From Verrucomicrobiota bacterium (GTDB taxonomy: Bacteria > Verrucomicrobiota > Verrucomicrobiia > Opitutales > Cerasicoccaceae), in the NCBI GenBank assembly GCA_039818205.1, contig JBCBUK010000008.1:1-64000 (forward strand): DNA of 64,000 nt, given 5' to 3'. Below are positions 60,101-64,000 of this stretch, piece after piece. Positions within the stretch are counted from its first letter, which is position 1, and each line of letters starts with the position of its first letter. The notes under the pieces are model-generated. The model ran no database searches and had not been told where the DNA came from. It saw only the letters and a list, made by a program, of their open reading frames with translations. The position numbers and the translations under genes are program-made.

Positions 60101-62810
60101 TGGAAATAACAACGGTAATTCGGTCATTATATCGGGAGCACGGGAGCACAACTTACGCAATATCGACGTGGAGATTCCTCATGGACAATTCAATGTCGTC
60201 ACGGGGGTATCGGGTTCTGGCAAATCAAGTTTGGCGTTCGACATCGTGTTTGCCGAGGGGCAACGGCGCTTCCTCGAGTCAATGTCTTCCTACGCTCGCC
60301 AATTCGTTGAGCAGTTACCGCGTCCGGATATCGATGATCTGCGCGGCATCCCACCGACGGTTGCCATTGAGCAGCGAGTCACACGTGGGACGCGTAAGTC
60401 AACGGTGGCTACCATCACGGAGGTTGCTCAATACTTGCGGCTACTTTATGCCAAGGTCGGTATCCAACACAGTCCGTCGACCGGAGAACCAGTTTCAGCG
60501 CAGCCGGCTGCCGCGTTGCGCAGGCGCCTGGAGACTGCGATAGACGAGCCCGTAGCCAAGAAGGCGAAGACGCTCTACCTTTGTGCGCCACTCATTCGAG
60601 CCCGCAAGGGCCACCATCAGCCGTTGGCCAACTGGGCCGCGGACCATGGTTATGAGTGGTTGCGGTGTGATGGCAAAATTGTGCCAGTGGCCAGTTTCCA
60701 GAAGCTGGATCGATACCGCGAGCATGATATCGAATTGCCCATTGACCTTGGTAAAGGCAAAGCACGCTTACAGAACGCAACGAGCCGCCTGGACGAAGCA
60801 CTTAAGCTCGGCAAAGGTAGCTGCTTCCTGATGGATCAGACGGGACAGGTTTTGGCATGGTTTTCCACTCGCCGGACAGATCCGATCACGGGCGAGGCCT
60901 TCCCGGATCTTGACCCGAAACACTTTTCATGGAATTCCCCCAAGGGCTGGTGTCCAACTTGTCGTGGGCATGGCATCATTCACGAATGGATGCTGGAGCA
61001 CGAAGACTATGAGGAGATACCGGACGATGCGGAAGGCGGTCAGGAGTGCAGCGACTGCGGCGGCGAGCGTCTCAACCCGATTAGCCGCTCGGTGCATCTG
61101 CCAATCAAGAAAGCGGTTGCACGAACGTGGTTGGGTGATCCGGATCGCAGCTCGATTACGCTCCCAGAACTGCTCGCGTTGCCCCCAGCCGGTGTGCTCG
61201 CCATCATAAATAACATGAAGCTTGATGCGCGCGGAAAGAAGATCGCTGATGAAATCATACCTGAGGTGGTTGAGCGCCTCCGCTTCATGGATCAAGTTGG
61301 TTTGAGTTATTTAACCCTCAATCGAGCAACGGTTACTCTTTCGGGTGGAGAGGCCCAGCGTATCCGTTTGGCAGCGCAGTTGGGCTCGAATTTGGCTGGT
61401 GTGCTTTACGTTCTCGACGAACCAAGTATTGGTCTGCATGCGCGCGACAACGACGAGCTGATTGGCTCACTGCATCAACTGCGGAACCAAGGCAACACCT
61501 TGCTTGTCGTTGAGCACGATGACGAAACCATGCGAGCCGCTGATCACATTATCGACCTTGGGCCTGGGGCTGGCGTCAATGGCGGACAGATCTTGGCCGA
61601 AGGCGATTACCCGACAATTACGCGGGCTGAGAAAAGCCTGACAGGCCAGCTCCTGAAAAACGGCATTCCGCATCCGCTGCGCGGCGAATATCGTCCCCTA
61701 CCCGCTGATTGGAGTCCACGGTCGCGGGCGAAAGATCCAACTTGGTTAGTCCTGCGAGAGCCTCAGTTACGAAACCTGAAAGGCGGGGAACTGCGGTTGC
61801 CACTCAAGCGTTTGATCATGGTTTCAGGCGTATCGGGTGCTGGCAAGAGCACCTTACTTAGGGACCTGTTGCACCCTGCGGTTGACCAGGCGATCAAGCT
61901 CGAACAGCGCAAGCTGACTCCGAAGGACCTCCCGAGTAGTTCACCGCTCGTCGGAAGGACCAAGGTGTTCAAGGAGCTCTATTCTGGAGATGCCTTTCGC
62001 AAGGTTATTGAAGTCGACCAAGCTCCCATCGGCAAAACTCCTCGCTCAACACCGGCAACCTACATTGGCGCTTTTGATATTATCCGGGATGTGTTCGCGT
62101 CGCTTCCCGAAGCGCGCATGCGTGGGCTGACGGCCGGTGCGTTTTCGTTCAATACTAAAGGTGGCCGCTGTGAGACTTGTAAGGGTGCGGGTCGGATAAA
62201 ACTCGAGATGGCGTTCCTTCCGAATAGTTATCAACCATGCGATGAGTGTCACGGTTCACGGTACGGACGCGAGCTTCTAGAACTTCGCTGGAATGAGAAA
62301 AACATCGCGGATGTCTTGCAAATGACCTTCGAAGAGGCTGCCGGATTTTTTGAGTTTCACTCGCGTCTAAGTGATTTGATGAAGCTCATGGTGGAAACTG
62401 GTCTGGGCTATCTCACCTTGGGGCAAAGTAGCCCGACGCTTTCAGGTGGCGAAGCACAGCGCTTAAAACTAGTCAGCGAACTGGCATTGGGGCTGCCGAG
62501 CTTCCGGGAAAAATCACGCAACATCCTTCGGCGAAATCTCTACATCCTGGAAGAGCCCACCATTGGGCTACACCTCAGTGATTGCCAGCGCCTCATTGAG
62601 CTGCTTCACCGCTTAGTCGATCAGGAACACACGGTGATTGTGATTGAGCACAATTTGGATCTGATCGCCGAGGCCGACTACGCCGTGGAGATCGGGCCAG
62701 TCGGCGGTGAGGACGGCGGCCAAATTCTTTACCAAGGGCCAGTGGATGGGCTAGCTAAAGCAAAGAAGTGCCCCACAGCACCGTATCTTAAAAAACTCCT
62801 CAAGATTTAG
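57183..62810 (+). CDS. uvrA: Excinuclease ABC subunit A, double-length form
   Basis: Four Walker A motifs (GLSGAGKS, GVSGSGKS twice, GVSGAGKS), four LSGGE signatures, Zn-finger CxxC pairs. Confidence 0.96.
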   Translation: MSHSDPQTIRLRGARQNNLKDIDLDLPLGKLIVVTGLSGAGKSSLVFDTIHAEGQRRYVETFSPYTRQFLEMLDRPKVDSIENIRPSIAIRQSNSVKTSRSTVGTMTELCDYFKIWFNHVCQLVDPATGEIIEDDNPQTIWRKALKSRKDEDVLVAFEVTRPGKLSWKQILDSLSGQGFTRIIVEGGLQRVSEIDTETLPDKASVFVVVDKVKMSSRSRTRFIDAATTALHYGQGKLRVFSVDGKQLLSSEPFSEGLHSPASGRVFAPSTPNLFSFNSPLGACPKCRGFGRVIEIDDRLVIPDASLSIKDGAIKAFTGSVYSQSLEDLKRAAKRFSIPVDVPWRELGESDREFVFEGEPDYVESEDEYPSGWYGIRRFFRWLENNTYKMHVRVFLSRFRAYTECPECHGSRLKPDALNWRWQGHTLPDLYRLPIGELHQLIAGSGKSKELEDKPAQLALENIKTRLSYLNQVGLEYLTLNRTSRTLSGGEAQRVNLTSCLGASLVDTLFILDEPSIGLHARDIDRLVNILRGLTDQGNTVVVVEHDESVMRAADWLIEVGPEPGNRGGNIVFSGPAHDIAAERESITGRYLTGDETIAIPRKRRLTTEDSVGWLTIEGASKHNLDGLDVRMPLSRLVCLTGVSGSGKSTLLNNVVYQGILSTRGKAVEEPATILALEGYEDIGEIVLVDQSAVSKTPRSNPALFADVWDPIRNLFASTDEAKQAGMTASHFSFNAGQGRCEHCQGLGYEKVEMQFLSDVYVPCPVCDAKRFKPEILAIQWSGKSVDEVLGMTVAEACGFFSKQRKIVGPLEALDSVGLGYLPLGQPLNTLSGGESQRLKLVKFLSGFDSAETEPALLLLDEPTTGLHRDDVKRLIGVLQRLVDIGHSLVVIEHQLDVILCADWLIEMGPGAGVKGGKVVFSGAPEAAAKRKTETAPYLKEAFHFAKQSTRKKRQAPALLPKLEAAEKVVPFRSGNNNGNSVIISGAREHNLRNIDVEIPHGQFNVVTGVSGSGKSSLAFDIVFAEGQRRFLESMSSYARQFVEQLPRPDIDDLRGIPPTVAIEQRVTRGTRKSTVATITEVAQYLRLLYAKVGIQHSPSTGEPVSAQPAAALRRRLETAIDEPVAKKAKTLYLCAPLIRARKGHHQPLANWAADHGYEWLRCDGKIVPVASFQKLDRYREHDIELPIDLGKGKARLQNATSRLDEALKLGKGSCFLMDQTGQVLAWFSTRRTDPITGEAFPDLDPKHFSWNSPKGWCPTCRGHGIIHEWMLEHEDYEEIPDDAEGGQECSDCGGERLNPISRSVHLPIKKAVARTWLGDPDRSSITLPELLALPPAGVLAIINNMKLDARGKKIADEIIPEVVERLRFMDQVGLSYLTLNRATVTLSGGEAQRIRLAAQLGSNLAGVLYVLDEPSIGLHARDNDELIGSLHQLRNQGNTLLVVEHDDETMRAADHIIDLGPGAGVNGGQILAEGDYPTITRAEKSLTGQLLKNGIPHPLRGEYRPLPADWSPRSRAKDPTWLVLREPQLRNLKGGELRLPLKRLIMVSGVSGAGKSTLLRDLLHPAVDQAIKLEQRKLTPKDLPSSSPLVGRTKVFKELYSGDAFRKVIEVDQAPIGKTPRSTPATYIGAFDIIRDVFASLPEARMRGLTAGAFSFNTKGGRCETCKGAGRIKLEMAFLPNSYQPCDECHGSRYGRELLELRWNEKNIADVLQMTFEEAAGFFEFHSRLSDLMKLMVETGLGYLTLGQSSPTLSGGEAQRLKLVSELALGLPSFREKSRNILRRNLYILEEPTIGLHLSDCQRLIELLHRLVDQEHTVIVIEHNLDLIAEADYAVEIGPVGGEDGGQILYQGPVDGLAKAKKCPTAPYLKKLLKI

Positions 62811-63448
62811 CGCATGACCAGGAAACCGCGCTGCTGAGCAAGCACTGTAGGCCCCTGCTTAAATTTGATCATAAAGTTTGAGCGGGCGGCCTCTTCGGTG
62901 GTCGGGGTAAACTGCAAGCGATACTCGTTTTCTTTTCCTTCAACGGGTAAAATATTGAACTCAAAGCCCTTCGGATATGGATGAGCAACTTCGAGAACAC
63001 CAGTGTCGAAGAGCGTTATTAGCATTTCCTTCGGGCTAAGCTCTTCTCCCTTCTTCCAGTTGAGAATCCGCGGGTTCATCTGCATTATGACCGGGATTTC
63101 AACGCTTAATCGCAGTTTGAAGACCTCCGGTTTTTCTTCATCGGTAATCACGGTTACGATTTTGCTCTGGTGTCCCGTTCGGCTACCAAATTCGAACGTG
63201 GCCGTGATCTCACCCGATTCCCCAGGCTGATAGGTCTTTTTATCCAGCTTTGGCGTGGTGCAACCGCAACTGGTTTTAATGCTTCGGATCGTCACGGGCT
63301 CCGAACCCTCGTTTGCAAACGGAAAAACGGCGACGTACTCTTTGTCAGTCGTTTCCGCTTGGTGGTCGACTCGTGTCGTTTCAAAAACGAGATTGGCGGA
63401 GGCGATCAGGGGAAAGAATAGTAAAGAAATGGCGAAGAGTTTAATCAT
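62807..63448 (-). CDS. DUF1573 domain exported protein
   Basis: Signal peptide; F.N.G..PV.I..I.TSCGCT.......PGESG. Confidence 0.88.
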   Translation of the reverse strand: MIKLFAISLLFFPLIASANLVFETTRVDHQAETTDKEYVAVFPFANEGSEPVTIRSIKTSCGCTTPKLDKKTYQPGESGEITATFEFGSRTGHQSKIVTVITDEEKPEVFKLRLSVEIPVIMQMNPRILNWKKGEELSPKEMLITLFDTGVLEVAHPYPKGFEFNILPVEGKENEYRLQFTPTTEEAARSNFMIKFKQGPTVLAQQRGFLVMR

Positions 63449-63863
63449 GGGGATGGATCTTTTTTGTTAATGAAATGAAGTATATCACGACCAAGCCTGC
63501 AAGCAGGAATAGATTCCGAGTCAACGCATAAGGAATACTGGAACTTTCCTCTCCAAGACAGCCACAATCGATATTCAGTTCCCGGAACCAGGCCGATAAC
63601 AGTCCTGCTTGAAAAATGAGCAGGAGCAGGGTCAACAAGGAGAATCCACCGAACCGAAGTCGCGGAACAATCAGTGCGAGCCCCGCCACGATCTCCAGAT
63701 TCGGAATCACGAGTGCGACCGCCCACGCTGCCCAACCGTCGATCAACTGATAATGCAATACCGATTGGTAGAATTCCGGCACCTCCAAGACCTTTAGCGT
63801 TCCGGCCCACACGAAGAAGACGCCAATAATGGCACTGAAGATATGTCCAATCCAGGTTTTCAC
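63441..63863 (-). CDS. MauE/DoxX family membrane protein
   Basis: F..AG..K, LEIVAG, IDCGC.G, RN. Confidence 0.9.
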   Translation of the reverse strand: MKTWIGHIFSAIIGVFFVWAGTLKVLEVPEFYQSVLHYQLIDGWAAWAVALVIPNLEIVAGLALIVPRLRFGGFSLLTLLLLIFQAGLLSAWFRELNIDCGCLGEESSSIPYALTRNLFLLAGLVVIYFISLTKKIHPHD

Positions 63864-63865
63864 GA

Positions 63866-64000
63866 TTACTTTGAGTCCGATCCGCGCCAGGTGGAGATCC
63901 CTCCTTCTAACCAGAAGACTTGATCGTCGCCAAGCTCTTCTCGCAAGCGTTCGGCTACTTCCTTGCTAAGTGAGCAAGTCTCTCCGTCACAATAGGTTAC
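63866..64000 (-). CDS. Rhodanese-like domain protein, 3' end only (partial)
   Basis: Hand translation: VTYCDGETCSLSKEVAERLREELGDDQVFWLEGGISTWRGSDSK*. Confidence 0.85.
   Translation of the reverse strand, partial: VTYCDGETCSLSKEVAERLREELGDDQVFWLEGGISTWRGSDSK

Overview
A 64-kb bacterial chromosomal segment, most likely Verrucomicrobiota (Opitutia-like). This is inferred from the double-length UvrA, the H-X9-DG-type prepilin gene, a secreted protein with a verrucomicrobial-type C-terminal domain and the ACIII-cbb3 layout. Housekeeping genes include purF, dtd, folA, thyA, dxs, xseB, malQ, purD, rpiB, glyA, ppaC, yggS and uvrA. A respiratory operon at 7.07-19.7 kb encodes alternative complex III (actABCDEF plus a putative actG) running into a cbb3-type oxidase (ccoS/N/O) and two tandem mono-heme cytochrome c paralogues; it is led by a tiny Tat-like ORF. 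A peptide-ligation locus at 20.0-28.2 kb has a transglutaminase-DUF2126 amidoligase, a CP-ATP-grasp/alpha-E fusion and a second transglutaminase, with an embedded gene carrying a Lys/Glu-rich histone-H1-like tail. An accessory stretch at 32-42 kb surrounds a candidate XerCD dif site (36456-36483) and includes an orphan Hcp-like protein with a Sec signal peptide. No rRNA, tRNA, CRISPR array or transposase was recognised. All calls come from reading motifs by eye; no searches were run.
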